A DNA stretch of 64,000 bases from the human T2T-CHM13v2.0 reference genome, Homo sapiens. Both the position numbers and the translations under genes were made by a program. Location of the stretch: the NCBI RefSeq assembly GCF_009914755.1, contig NC_060928.1. One strand, written 5' to 3'. A model generated the notes under the pieces. That model did not search any database. It was not told the DNA's origin and worked only from the letters and a program-made list of their open reading frames with translations. Below are positions 14,771-28,392 of the stretch, in pieces (position 1 is the first letter of the stretch; every line of letters begins with the position of its first letter).

Positions 14771-14864
14771 CTTTTTTAAAAATAGCTGTATTGAGACATA
14801 GTTCCCATACTGTACAATTCTTCCACTTAAAGTGTACAATTCAGTCGAGTTTAGTATATTCCCA
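14771..14864 (-). mobile_element. Short old L1 (L1MB/L1MC-like) 3'-end fragment
   Basis: TTTTTTAAAAATAGCTGTATTGAGACATAG..TTAAAGTGTACAATTCAG..TTTAGTATATTC is the typical antisense L1M 3' terminus. Confidence 0.7.
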
Positions 14865-16476
14865 GATGCTTTCATGTTTTTATCTCTTCTTTCTCCTGCT
14901 CTTTTATTAGCCTTCCCCTGACCTACTTCTCAACTGAAGAGTATTTTTATTAGAAAGCTAATGATATGAAATGACCTAGCACTGCGACTGGTAAATTGCC
15001 ACTAAGAACCCGTCCTAACTGAACCGTATTGTAGGACACTGGGGTGACTGTTACACTTCACTTTATTAAAACCCATATAGGTTAAGGAATAGGAGTAATA
15101 AAAAGATGTCTTGAGGATAATAAGAAAATATCATCGGATATGTTTATTTCCAACATTCTTGGCATCCAAATCAAAAGTACTAAAGGGAAATTAGAGTCCC
15201 TTTATGTATCAGTGGTGGTAATTCTCATAAAATTGAAATTCATAAATGCCTGCCCTGAATTTACCAACCATAGTAATTTATGAATCAGATAGTGCTAAAG
15301 TTATAGCAGTTAAAGTTACTATGCATCCCTGACCATCACATGGAAGTGTGCATAATAGTAGAGGACATAAATTAGGTTTTATATTAATGAAAGCACATAT
15401 TATTGGTTCATGAAACAAATCAGTGGGAATTTGTTTGTGAACTAATGCACAAGTTACTTATATTTCCACACATTTAATAAGTGATGATGAACTCCTTCAA
15501 CATATTAGAACCTACAAACACTAAAAGCCTCTTAAGAGTTTTGTAGCCTAAGCATTCATTTGGGTCTATTTTCTATTGTTTCCAAAACTACTTTGCACAT
15601 GTTAAAGGCATTAATATCATCTTAACTGCTGTTGCACATTAATTGTGCACTTTATAATTTAAAAATTTGGTTGCATATATATTTCTGTGATTGGAAGCTA
15701 TATGCATTATGATTTTACATGTAATCATCTGGAATTGAATCTTAATTATAGAGTTACCTTATTTTAATAGGATGTTGTTATTGTTTAGAGAATAATGGAG
15801 AGTTAATTTGTTGCAAAGATTAAAGCTAACACATGTTGGTGATACATTTGATTTACCTTCCTCATAGAAGGTTTCTCCAACAGTAGAATGTATAATTTAA
15901 ACTTTTGCATAACGTAATTTGTGAAATGTTTTGTATGTCATACAAAAACAAAGAATTGTCAGCAATCTTATTAGAAATATAAATGATTCCTCTAAGGGAA
16001 AAACAACCCATCAAACATTATCTTACAAATGTATGAAAATGATTCTATAGGGAAAATAAATCAACTAAGCAGTATTGGAATTTATTTCTGCAGACATTAA
16101 ATAATATGTCTACTAAACAAATGATGAGTATCCATAGATTACATCTCTACTGGCTCTTAGTTCTTCAATTAAATAGAAGACCCAAATTAAGGTATTAGAA
16201 CTTATCAATATCCAATTGGAATCTTTATGCCTATAGCCCTTCTTTGAAATGTGACTCAGGTATCTGTGCTAGTGGGACAGATTAGAATTCATTTTGTTGC
16301 TACAATTTCAGATAATAAAAATACACAAGAGCCATACGATATGTTACCCTTCCTCTCACTTGCTTCTTGCTCAATCTGGTATTTTAAAATAGCTGCTTAG
16401 AAAACTACTGTTAAGTTTCCAAGCTGTATAGAAGGAACAAAAAAGGGAAGAGGCATGTGCAGTATAAGCGTGCGTG

Positions 16477-16505
<29 letters not shown>
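16477..16505. repeat. (CA)n microsatellite
   Basis: Directly visible. Confidence 0.97.
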
Positions 16506-16507
<2 letters not shown>

Positions 16508-17919
16508 GCTATTCCCTTAATATGGTTTGTTCTCTTCTCTTCTCGATTAAAATCCTTAACGTCAGGGCATGTTGGTAACTTGTTGTTATTATGCTGTTGT
16601 TATTTTCTGAAAAACAGAAATCTTTTTCCAGAAACTTATTTTAAGGTAATTTCCCTAAATAAAAATATCAGTAATTAAATGGACACAGATAAGGGAAAAG
16701 ACATAATTTCATTCTATTCATAAGGAACCTATCCCTTCAAATCTGTGACTGAGTTATAAGAACACAGAGGGCAAAATAGGGAGAAATGAAATACGTTATG
16801 ATCAAGAGCTACATATAATAAAAATCAGTTGTAACAACTTAAAAGCAAGTCTTCTGCCAGCCTGATCTATATATTTTTGTCCTACTGGATAGCCTAAAAG
16901 ACATCTTACATATCAATAGTCTAATGTAAAGAAAAGCTATAGCCTTCACAAATCACTGGAAAAAGAGCTACACAGAAAACATGCTTGTGTTAATGATTAG
17001 GTGGGCATGGATGTGGGAGGAAGGCTGCTCTTTAATAGGATCTATGTTTGACCTTGTCTTATATATGTTATTGACATCTTTCAGAAATGAAATATGCATG
17101 ACAGCTTCTAATTAAGCATTGTGATTTCTTCACTAGTTTAGTAACAATGACAACAACAACAGCAACAATAAAAATACACTTCACCTGATCAATCTAGAAG
17201 AATGTGCCTTCTTCTTATCGACGACATTCAACATTGTGCCAGTTAATTTCTGTTCTGATTAAGTAAATGGACACTGGTCTTAGACTGCAAGAATTCCAGC
17301 TAATCTGAACCCTAAGAAGTTTTTCCTATGAGCTTTGTTCATACTGAGTCCTTCATGTGGCTTATCATTATCTCCACCTGTGAACTCAGGGTCAGCTAAG
17401 GGCATTTTTCATACTTACTATTGCAACTCAGCAGAGCATTACAACCTGAAACATCTCATAGCCAAAATTTCAGCATGTCTCTACTACCAAAATTGATTGA
17501 GTTCTCATTGTATTTGTAAACTTATTTAATAAGCATTCTAATTTACTAAGCATAATTTCGACAAGTATTTGACTACCATTCCTCTCTCCAAATGTTTGAA
17601 GACATTTTGAAGGTACAGTCATTTATTGCCTTGTTGGTCAATTGATGGATTTTTCTGTGGCATGGTTATCATTTTTTTTTTGATGATTTGAATTTTAGAA
17701 GCAACAAAAGTCTTGTTTAAAAAGAGGGAGAGAAAAAGACATTAGCAAACCAGGCTTCTTGTGACATTTGAAAAGTCTCCTGCTGTTATAAAGGGAAGAG
17801 AAAAACTATTTGAACAGAAAAGTGATTCAGTTAATAATAGGATTAAGGAGGAAAAATTATAAAAAATAAAAGCATTTTAAACAAGCAACTAGATCTGAGT
17901 TACTTATGCTGCATAGTTT

Positions 17920-17920
17920 A

Positions 17921-17982
<62 letters not shown>
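17920..17982. repeat. Compound (CA)n(GA)n microsatellite
   Basis: Directly visible. Confidence 0.97.
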
Positions 17983-17986
<4 letters not shown>

Positions 17987-18427
17987 CCTAAGAGAAAAAG
18001 GGTCTTAACATCTTATGCATATTTCTAAAGACCTAAACTACCTCAGGATTAAAGAAGAAAACATACATCACTAGAAAGTAACACATTTGCTGGCAGTCTG
18101 CTCTCAGCAGCTTGGTATAACCTAAAGATACCACTGCTACATATTGCACTGATGTACCACTACGGAGTGCTGGTGCTAAGGATGTTTCTTCTAAACATAT
18201 GGAATTGCCCCAAGCTAGCAAGTTGTTTAATGGCATATTGGATCCATATGTTAAAGAGCTGGAAATTGCTTAGAAGAGTGCAAAGCTATAATTATTTTCT
18301 CTGTTACCAGCCAGCACATTGCAAATCAGCTTCTCAAAGATGCAGATTCTCCACACAGTATAGCTCAAACTTTAGCTTCTCTTTTTATTTTGATAAAAAT
18401 GAATCTGAATATGGTGTTCCAATAAAT

Positions 18428-18616
18428 TTTCCCCTGGATCACTTATGACATCATCATCTTGGATGCTTTTTTAAAATGCATATTCCTGGGCCACCATCCC
18501 AGACTCACAGAATCAAATATCTTAAATTTTTGAACTCAATAGATGGGACTTCAGAATACTTCAACTTAAGCTGACTCGATTGCTCTCTAAGGACCCACTA
18601 CATTTGGGAACCACTG
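18428..18616. mobile_element. MER5A-like hAT-Charlie MITE
   Basis: AAAATGCATATTCCTGGGCCACCATCCCAGAC..GAATCA and terminal TTTGGGAACCACTG. Confidence 0.7.
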
Positions 18617-18971
18617 TTGCAAGGCACAGGGCAGCTGGTCACCTGCAGAAAATGCTTGGACAGAGTTTGGTTAAATTACTGCTTAATGCACAGGCCATAT
18701 TAAATTTAAAAAGTAACATACTATTAAACTGATTGTGGATTTGTTATCAAAGAAAATAACTGCCAGGCCTTTACCCTCCTATTCCTCTATTAAGGTGTTG
18801 ACTGCCCACTAAAGGGAAGGCTTCAAAGTTGCGGTAGTTCTATTGGAAAACACGCCCCACACCCATCCAATTTTGTATAGGACAAACTTAATTGGCTATT
18901 CTTGGTTACTTTTATTTTAGTTTAGAGCTTTCAGTTTGAAAAGAACAAAGGAGAGAAGATTGTTGAAATTT

Positions 18972-18975
<4 letters not shown>

Positions 18976-19009
<34 letters not shown>
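18976..19009. repeat. (CA)n microsatellite
   Basis: Directly visible. Confidence 0.97.
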
Positions 19010-19013
<4 letters not shown>

Positions 19014-20547
19014 AGCAATACCTCTAACTTGTACCAGCAACTTCACTAACCAAACGGCAGCTGCAAGTGTCCAATTTAATTTTTTTTCAATTAAATATAT
19101 TTAATTTTTAAAAATAATTAGGAAGCAACTACTAAGCAGGGGAGGAAATCTGTTCCTTACACTAGAGATTCAATAATTCTGTTTCAGTTTCACTGTCTAA
19201 ATTTGCTTTATCTGCCCCTGTTTTTGCTTTTATTTCTAACCCTAATTTTAAAGATTTTTTTTTTGTATGTCATGCCCCAGTCTTCTTGAACAAAGATATG
19301 ATTGGGTCGATTTATTTTTAGTCAAATAGGAATCAAAGAATGGAAAGATACCTCTGTCGGACCAACCCAGAACTCAGGCCTTCCTCGTGTCCAGTATGTG
19401 AATTTTTCCTTTGGCTAGGGGGCCAAAGTCTAGAAATAGCAATAACATATTTGGCTACTTTTCTTGGCAGGGATGGGTTATGCACTTAGAAAGTTATTAG
19501 TTTAGGTTTACGTGTGAAAAGGAGGGGGCAGGAGAGAGAGAAAAAGACAAGAAAAGGCATTTTTTCTTTGCTGTTAGACCAATACTTCCCACCCATGCAA
19601 TTCATTCTATAAAAATATCCATGTAAGCAGTGTGAAGATAAAGGTCATTTGCTAGCTTTCCAGCAGTTGTGGAGGTAATAATATTACTTAGCTTTCCATC
19701 TTAAGTATTTTGTGTTGTAAATGGCAAATTTTCCAGCATTCCCTGAGGTTTAGAAGAATGACTCAGAGTGATATCACATCAACCTGTTTGGATATCTCAG
19801 CAACTACATAGCAGATTGACAGTTTTTCTCCATTCAGTAGGTTGCTTCTGTCAAATGACAACTACTGTCACAAGAAGAAATGTTCATGAATTCAGTATTT
19901 ATTGTCTGACCCTATCATTTCCTACTTGGTTCCTGATTGTCTTTTACAACTTGAGAATATTCCTGATAAAAAGCTACAAAGAAAACAATAGTGATTTTCC
20001 CAAAAGCCTGCAAAGAAAAGCCCTGTCTTAAATTCCATGAAACTGAGTTGTGATTCCAATAATACACTGCTCAATTCTTCTGAAGAGTAGGTGGGAGTGA
20101 AAACTGTTATTTAACATGGTTACGTGATGATATTTAGCTAAGTATTGTTATTTTACTTTCACTTATATCCAATCACACTTTATCTGTTTTTTAAATGTCC
20201 TACCCTGGAAAGAATGTTGTTGGGTTATTATCTGCATGACTAATAAACTCAGTGCACATCTTTCTTTGCAGAGATTACTGGAGAAGATTATCTGCTTCCC
20301 CTTATACCTTATAGAAAAGGAAAACACCTTTCAGCACTATTTAGTGAAAATGCTTGCTTGCTGTCTCCTCTTAAAAATAAGGGCTAAATCTTTTTCATTG
20401 ACATATTTAATGCCAATCAGAGTGCATACCACAAGGTAGACTCACTGTAGTAATTCATAGAATAGATAGATTACTAAATGAATGGATGAATGAAGAAATC
20501 AGAGAGGATTTAAAAGACTGTTCTCTCTTTCACAAAGTAGCTTAACA

Positions 20548-20708
20548 CATGGTATCTCAAACTTAAATGTGCAGATGAATCACCTGGGGAGCACCAGGTA
20601 AAATGTGGTGTCTAACTGATAGGTCTGAAGTAGAGCCTGACATACTTAATTTCTATCTAAGGTGATGCAGAGATTTTGGTCTATGGAACCCATTTTGAGA
20701 AGCAAGGC
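20548..20708. mobile_element. MER5B/MER5A-like hAT-Charlie MITE
   Basis: TCTCAAACTT..GAATCACCTGGGGAGC..AGGTCTG..GCCTGA..AGGTGATGC..TTTGAGAAGCAAGG. Confidence 0.7.
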
Positions 20709-21009
20709 TGAAAGTATCATTGCAAGCAGCAAATTCCCTAATTCTTGACTTTTTAAATAAGATGAACAATTTTGACATTTAAAATGAATGCCGAGGGTTG
20801 CTATATGATATTTTAATTTTTATATTTGTTAGTTAGAAGAGAATAATATAAATAGCCCCTTCACATTCAGTTACACTTTTAAATGTAACAGCATTTTATT
20901 TTTCAAAGAAGCAAAATAATACATATTATAAATGCAGTATAATATTTATTAGATCTGCACAGAATATACTTAGCATTTTAAATCCTTTTAGGCAAATCAT
21001 CCTTTTGTA

Positions 21010-21950
21010 CCCAACATATGGTCTGTGAATCAAGGGCGTCCTGAGGTCCAACAAGTCCATGAGTTCAAAATTATTTTCATGAAAAAATGAAGATGTTTTT
21101 ACCACTCTGATTTTTTTGAAAACTAAGATATTTGCCTTTTTCCATTGCACCGACATTTGTTTGGATGGTGCAAAAGTAATAGCTTCACAGCATGAATCAA
21201 CCGTGGCACCAGCTGTACTATTAGTCACTGTATTGTTGACTGCCATGTACTTATAGTAAAAATAACGTCATTTCACTGAATAATATCCATGATGAAGGAA
21301 TTCACATTATACTTTATTAATTGACCTTAAGTACATGTTCTTTTGATATTCTGTTTGATGAAAAAGACTATGCATACATACTTTAGCATAATGATGTAGA
21401 ATGCATATTTCAAGAAAAGCACCTGTGCAATCATGTGAGTTGCGAGGAAAACCCATAAGTGTTTGGTGTTTTTATAGAACACAATTTAATTTACCTTGAA
21501 AAAATGACAAAACATAATTTTTCTGATCTCTGTATTATTGGCAGACATCTTATTGAAAATGAGGGAAATGAGTCTGGCCTGTCAAGGTAAACAACTAACA
21601 GTATTTGTTACCAATGATAGAATTAGAGCTTATAAAGAAAACCCTATTATTAAAAATTTGTATCTGCCATTGTGAATTTGACAGCTCACTAGTACCTAAT
21701 GCTTTTCTGATAAAAAGAGTTATGATATTTAAAAATACAATTTTGTTTCTTATTTTTGGATAATGAAATCTGTCAACATTTGGAAGATGTGAATCTTCCA
21801 CATCAAAACAATATTTTCCAAATGATTAATCACACTAGAAAATTATATATGGTACAATATCCATTCACAAGTAGGGAAGATGAGTGGATTTTAATGTAAC
21901 AGGGTAACAAGTTCATTGATATGGCTTTAAATTCCACATTGAAACTAATG
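21010..21950 (+). mobile_element. Charlie1a/1b-like hAT transposon fragment
   Basis: GACATTTGTTTGGATGGTGCAAAAG..GTGGCACCAGCTGTACTATTAGTCACTGTATT and CAATATTTTCCAAATGA match recalled Charlie1 transposase-derived sequence. Confidence 0.75.
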
Positions 21951-21968
21951 AGTTTTTAAGTGCCATTT

Positions 21969-22660
21969 GACCACAATGTCTATTGCTCTCATGTTTATGT
22001 CCATGTGTGTTCAATGTTCAGCTTTCACTTTTAAGTAAGAACATGCAGTATTTGGTTTTCTGTTCCTGCGTTAATTTGCTTAGAATTATGGCCTCCAGCT
22101 CCATTCATGTTGCCGCAATGACATAATTTCATTCTTTTGATGGCTGTGTAATATTCCATGGGCACCTGTGTTAATTCCATGTCTTTGCTATTATGAATAG
22201 TGCAGTGATGAATTTGCAAGTGCATGAGGCTTTTAAGTAGAATGATTTATTTCCTTTTGTGTATATACTAAGTAATGGGATTGCTGGGCTGAATGGTAGC
22301 TTGGTTTTAAATTATTTAAGAAATCTCCAGACTGCTTTCCACAGTAGCTGGATTAATTTACATTCCTACCAACAATGTATAAGTGCTTCCTTTTTTTTCT
22401 ACGGCCTCACCAGCATCTATTGTTTTTTTGCATTTTAATAATAGCCATTCTGATTGGTGTGGGATGGTATCTCACTGTGGTTTTGATTTGCATTTCTCTG
22501 AGGATTAGTGACACTGAGCATTTTTTCACATGTCTGTTGGTTACTTGGATATTTTGTTTTGAGAAATGTCTGTTCAAGTACTTTGCCCATTTTTAATGGA
22601 GTTATTTCTTTTTTTGCTTGTTGATTTGTTAAGTTCCCTATAAATTCTGGACATTAGGCC
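21969..22660 (-). mobile_element. L1PA15/16 or L1PB-like ORF2-end and 3'UTR segment (inverted portion of a 5'-inverted L1)
   Basis: Antisense L1 (GAACATGCAGTATTTGGTTTTCTGTTCCTG..ATAGCCATTCTGATTGGTGTGGGATGGTATCTC). Confidence 0.9.
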
Positions 22661-22831
22661 TATTAGAGGGCGGAGGGAAGCAGGAGCATAAAATCTACCT
22701 ATAGGGTGCTGTGCTCACTCCTTGGGTGATGAGGTCTGTATTTCAAACCACAGCATCACATGATATTTCCATGTGACAAATATGCATATTTACCCTCTGT
22801 ATCTAAAATAAAAGTTGAAATTTAAAAAAAA
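22657..22831 (+). mobile_element. L1PA15/16-like terminal 3'UTR with poly-A (non-inverted portion)
   Basis: CTACCTATAGGGTGCTGTGCTCAC..CAGCATCAC..ATCTAAAATAAAAGTTGAAATTTAAAAAAAA. Confidence 0.88.
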
Positions 22832-22972
22832 TCATACCTCAATAAGGGTGAAAAAAACTCCTATTTCAGCAATTATTGTTAAGCTAAAAAAATAAGAAAG
22901 AAAGAGGGCTGATCTGGAAGGAGGTTAGGGGAAGGGAGGAGCCTGCTAATATATAGGGAAAAGACGGTAAAG

Positions 22973-22973
<1 letters not shown>

Positions 22974-23008
<35 letters not shown>
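22974..23008. repeat. (TG)n microsatellite
   Basis: Directly visible. Confidence 0.97.
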
Positions 23009-23009
<1 letters not shown>

Positions 23010-23922
23010 CATATTTATGTATCAAAAGGAAAAATAAACAATTTAAAAAGAAACATATGAAAAATATATAATCTGCAGTTTCCATATGCCATGTTATATG
23101 AGCGTACTTTCAATTTCATAACTCATGTCTTTCTATAATACATGAAAACAAAATTACCAATTCAAATATTGCTCTTCTATTCTTTCCTACATTATTTTCT
23201 CTGAAGTATGTCTTAATAAAATGCTGTAGTCTTCTAAGCTATCCTGCATTACCTCTAACACACACACACACACTATACACACACAATACACATATGTATA
23301 ATTTAAACGATTTTAATACATATTTATGAAATTATATATATAACTGTAAAATATCTATTAGCTGATAAACTGATCATACAATTGTACTTCATTTAATTTT
23401 CAGTCATTGCAAATGTATTTGCTAGTTACAAGTGGGTGTTTATGTGCATGTGAGGTTTTTTAATAATGCTCGTCAAGTACTTGTTACCATTGTTGAATTT
23501 ACAGATTCCAGTGCAAAATATGCATTGATTTTCAAAGTGTTCTCAAACAATGTTATTTTTTTCTGTTCTTTTTGTAATCCCCATGGGATAGGTAATTTAG
23601 AGTGAAAATAAAATATTGGCATAAATACTATTTCATGATACTGAAATACTGAAAAAAATGAGTTAATTAACCTCCTCTAATGTCTCATAAGTGTAATGAC
23701 ATTAAAATGTAATTTAGTTTTATTTTTTGAAAAATTTATTACCTAAATTATTATATATAGTGGATAAAAAGGTCAATAATCTGGATACAACATTGTTCAA
23801 GCAAATGTATCGCAGTTTTGTATAATTGGCCTTGTAATGGCAAAATTCTGTAACAGGTCCACTGATGCAATTACAAAGTGAAGTAAATAAATAAAATAAT
23901 TTCCTCTGTTTTACTCTAGCGG

Positions 23923-24130
23923 AAGGGTTCAGCAAACATTTACTGTAAAAAAAAGCAGATAGTCAATACTTTTGACTTTGTGGGCTATATGGTATCTGTG
24001 GCATCTACTCAACTTCGTTGCAGTGTGAAAAGAGCCAGTGTCCGAGGCTGTTTCAATAAAACTGTAATCCCAAAATTAATGTGGAGTCAGTCAGCCAGAT
24101 TTGGCCTAGGGGGTTATATTTCCCAACTGC
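23923..24130 (+). mobile_element. MER58A hAT-Charlie MITE
   Basis: AGGGTTCAGCAAAC..CAGATAGTCAATAC..CTTTGTGGGCTATATGG..CTACTCAACT..CAATAAAACT..CCAGATTTGGCC. Confidence 0.85.
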
Positions 24131-24884
24131 AGCTCCAGTAAGATGATGACACTTGTCACTGGATTACTGGCACAAACAAATGTTTAGGCACTCAGTTTAA
24201 TGTTAGTAATTATTAGTAGTAGTATTCTTTCTGGTTTAGATGAAGAGTTGAACACACACTGTGTGCTAGTCACTGACCCAGTGTGTACAGTATGGGAATC
24301 AATGATCTCAATGTGAAGTCAAAGTTATCGATATATGCTTCACCAAGAATATCAAATTTGATGCCGCTGCACACAAATATATGCTGTGTTCAGGTTAGGG
24401 GGCCGTAGAAAGAAAAATCATGAAGCCATAAATGACAAAGTGTCACAAGCTGAGTTTTGAAGGATAAATACATATTGATTGTTTTGAAATAGGATTTTAA
24501 AAGAATACAGGTAAGAAAGTATTTGTATTTGTCTATTACTCTTTTGATGTGTGGAATTTCATGCTTATGACAGGTATCAGGTTCAGTATATCTGACGTTA
24601 CGTTTTACCTTTATTATTGTTTTTATCTGGGTTGCTTATATTTCTCTGATACTGTCAGCTCCATGAGAGTAGCCACTTTGTTTTGTTTATTGCTATATCC
24701 TCAGTCAGTCAATGTCATGTGGGGTTTATATCAGCAATGATGGCTGTAGAATCCCATGCATGTATGTACCCCTTCTCTTCTGGAGTTCTCGAGCAATTGA
24801 GAAAAATGAACAGGCAGATGGGGCTTCCATGTGTCTCTATGACTTTGTACATAGGCAATGATACTCATAATAAATAACATTTCA

Positions 24885-24945
24885 TAGGGCCATCATGGGA
24901 ATTTAATGAGATGATACCTATAAAGCACTTACCGCAGTGTGTGTA
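24885..24945 (+). mobile_element. MIR core fragment
   Basis: GAATTTAATGAGATGATACCTATAAAGCACTTACCGCAGTG. Confidence 0.55.
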
Positions 24946-25499
24946 AGTCATAATTATGTTTCTAAATAAATACAAATTAAATTAATATAGAGTTTCCCTC
25001 ATGGTGTATTTAGTTTATATCCATAATAATATTTAAAATTAAGAAAGCAACAACACATTTAGGCTTTTACTGTGTTAATGGAAAACTTAATTCTACTTGA
25101 TTACAATTATACAGGACTCCTAGATTCATTCCTTGTCAATACAAAATGTTTCTTTCTTCCTTGAATCAATTGTTTACTGTGATACTGTAATAGCTTTAAC
25201 ATTCCACTTAAATAGTTTTTAATTACTATTATCTTAGTCACACTAGTACTTAAAATGAGACATTAAAACCTATAAATATGGGTTCCTGTTCTTGTAATAG
25301 GAAATTCAAGTCCACATGTTAAGGATTATAAGGTAATGTTGGATTAATTCATATATTATATATGTTTGTTGTGGAATTAAAATAGCATTAAATAGTCTAT
25401 TTAAGAGTAGAGTAGAAAAAAGAAAAGTAAAGAGTATAATCTTTGGTATGATATCATCTATGACAAAACCCTTGATGTGGTACAGCTTCCTTTGACCCA

Positions 25500-26335
25500 C
25501 TTGATTTACCTCCCATCCACCTCCCTCCTGCTGAGTGCTGCTGCAGGGCCCGTGTGGACCATATTAAGTGGACACCATATTCAAAGGCAATCACCGACAA
25601 GAAGGTGATCAGAGGAAAGGATCAGAGTGAGATTGAGGTATGTATTCTTCTGTAGGGTGGATGATTTCAACCTCTGATCAGGTCACAGGCGATCCTCTCG
25701 CTTGCTCTTTCTCTCTTTCTCAGTCTCTCTCTGTCTCTCTCTTTAAGAGTTCAGGGTGATGGTCCCTTCATTCCTTCCTTTAGGCCTGGGAGAGGTCACT
25801 GCTCCTCCTCATTTTTTATTAGTCTCAGGATATTGCCCCAAACTATGTGGTTTCCCTGCATTCTGCTACAACTTTGCAAATAATCCTTTTGTCCAACTCT
25901 CCTCAAGTAATCCCAATTTGAATGACACATCTTTTTCTTCTTCTCCTTCTCCTTCTCCTTCATCTTCGTCTTCATCTTTGTCTTCATCTCCATCTTCTTC
26001 TTCCCCTTCCCCCCTCCTCCTCCTTCACCTTCTCCTCCTCCTCCGCCACCACCTTCTTCTTCTTCCTCTCCTACTTCTTCTTCTTCTCCTTCTTGTTCTC
26101 TTCCTCCTCCTCCTCCACTTCCTCCTCCTCCACTTCCTCTGCTTTCTCTTCCTCTTCCCCTTCCCCTTCCTCCTCTTCTTTTTCTTCTTCTTCTTCTCCT
26201 CCTACTCCTCCTTATTCTCCTCCTCCTCCTTTTCCTCCTCCCCCTCTTCTTCTTCTTCGTCTTCCTCTTCTCCTTCCCCTTCTCTTCTTCTTCTCCTCCT
26301 CCTTCTTCTTCTTCTTCTGACACTGATGATATACT
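25500..26335 (+). mobile_element. LTR33-like ERVL solo LTR, interrupted near its 3' end by a pyrimidine tract
   Basis: CCTTTAGGCCTGGGAGAGG..GTTTCCC..CTTTGCAAATAATCCTTTT..AACTCTCCTCA resembles LTR33. An LTR-like terminus (CTGACACTGATGATA) resumes after the tract. Confidence 0.6.
25930..26318. repeat. ~390 bp imperfect (CTT/CCT)n polypyrimidine tract
   Basis: Almost pure C/T triplet-periodic sequence. Confidence 0.97.
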
Positions 26336-26463
26336 TTAGGTACAAATAAGAGAAAAATAGTTTGGGGAATATAAATTATTTTTCTTTACTTTGAAGCTTA
26401 GAGGCAGATAAGAATGGGGAATTGAGGTCTTTCAATTATAATTAAGGATGCTTTTCTTTTTTT

Positions 26464-27066
<603 letters not shown>

Positions 27067-27067
27067 T

Positions 27068-27437
27068 ATTGGATCAGGTGATTATGGAGGCCAAGATATC
27101 CCAGAATCTACCCTCTGCAAGCTGGAAAAGCAGGGAAGCCACTGGTATGATTCAGCCTGAGTCCAAAGACCCCAGAACCAGAAGTACTAAGGACCCGAGA
27201 TGAATGTCTCAGCATAAGAACAGAGAGACAATTTGCCCTTTTGTTCTATTCTGGTCCTCAATGGATTGGAGGATGCTCACCCACATTGGAGAGGACAAAT
27301 CTTCTTCACTTAGTCTACTGATTCAAATGCCAGCTAGTCTCTTCCAGAAACACACTTACAGACATATGCAGAAACAAAGTTTCATCAGCTATTTGGGTAT
27401 CCCCAAACCTAATCGAGTTGACACTAAAATTACATCA
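27068..27437 (-). mobile_element. MLT2 (MLT2C/D-like) ERVL LTR, partial
   Basis: GATTATGGAGGCC..CTGCAAGCTGG..TGAGTCCAAAG..GGATTGGAGGATGCTCACCCACATTGG..AGTCTACTGATTCAAATG..AGTTGACAC. Confidence 0.85.
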
Positions 27438-27439
27438 TT

Positions 27440-27535
27440 TTACCCCATAGAAATGTTGTAAAGTTGAATTGAGATAAACTTCTAAGGGCCCTAGCAGAGC
27501 CCAGCCATACAAAGCACAAATAATTGCTTGTCATT
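27440..27535 (+). mobile_element. MIR fragment
   Basis: TACCCCATAG..GTTGTAAAGTTGAATTGAGATAA..CTAGCAGAGCCCAGCCATA. Confidence 0.55.
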
Positions 27536-28392
27536 GCATAATTTCTACTAGTTGCCTTAGTAAATAATATTAATATTATTTTCATAAAGTTAACTGAAGT
27601 GAAATCAAAAGGGATATTTTGCTTATTCTTTTTCCATCCTGTTAAATTTGTTAAATGTGAGCTGACTATATTGAATTTTATTGAACTTTGATCATTAAAC
27701 TTGGGCCTTTTACTGAATCTGGGGCTCTGAAATTACTTGACATTTTATTCTCATTCTGAAGGAATATATATTCTTTGGGTTAATGAATACAAAGAATTGT
27801 GATAATTTAATAAAAATTAACCAAAATTTTATTTTGTCTTTGAAAACTCCATTACTTTATAAGATAATACTTTGTTGTGGTTTTTCTTTTTGTTTTTTGA
27901 TGAGGTGGTGTGGCTAGAGGTCATTAGATACTTTTGGAAGTCGTGTAAATTTCCAGAGTCTACTATAAAATTTAGACTATAAATGAAGATGTGTATTTCA
28001 TAGCTACAAGGATTTATGCAGTTAAATAAAATGACATTTTTGTGTTCTAATATATTTAACATAGAATTGAAAACTCACACTGTCATTATTCTAAACAAAC
28101 TCCACACTGATGGAATCTTTATTTTTACATACTCAGGTGGAAATATAGAGGCAGACATACTTCTACATATTGTTTTCTCTTAATTTTAAATGAAAAGCGG
28201 TATTTTAATTAGGTAATCTACAGGCTGTAATGGTAAGTTAGAATGTTTCCAAAAAACAAATTTAAGAATCCTTTTACTTGAGTAAACAATTTCTTTAAAA
28301 AATATGTTCACATTAAAAATAATAGTTTTCCCTGAAAAAAACATTCTCATTTATTGACTTGATCTAAGAAATATTAAAAATAGAATAGAATA

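Noticed and set aside
25756-26349. Long ORFs of 197, 175 and 132 aa (Ser/Leu/Glu/Arg/Gly runs)
   Set aside because: Stop-free read-through of the CTT/CCT tract on both strands; no domain, promoter or splice support.
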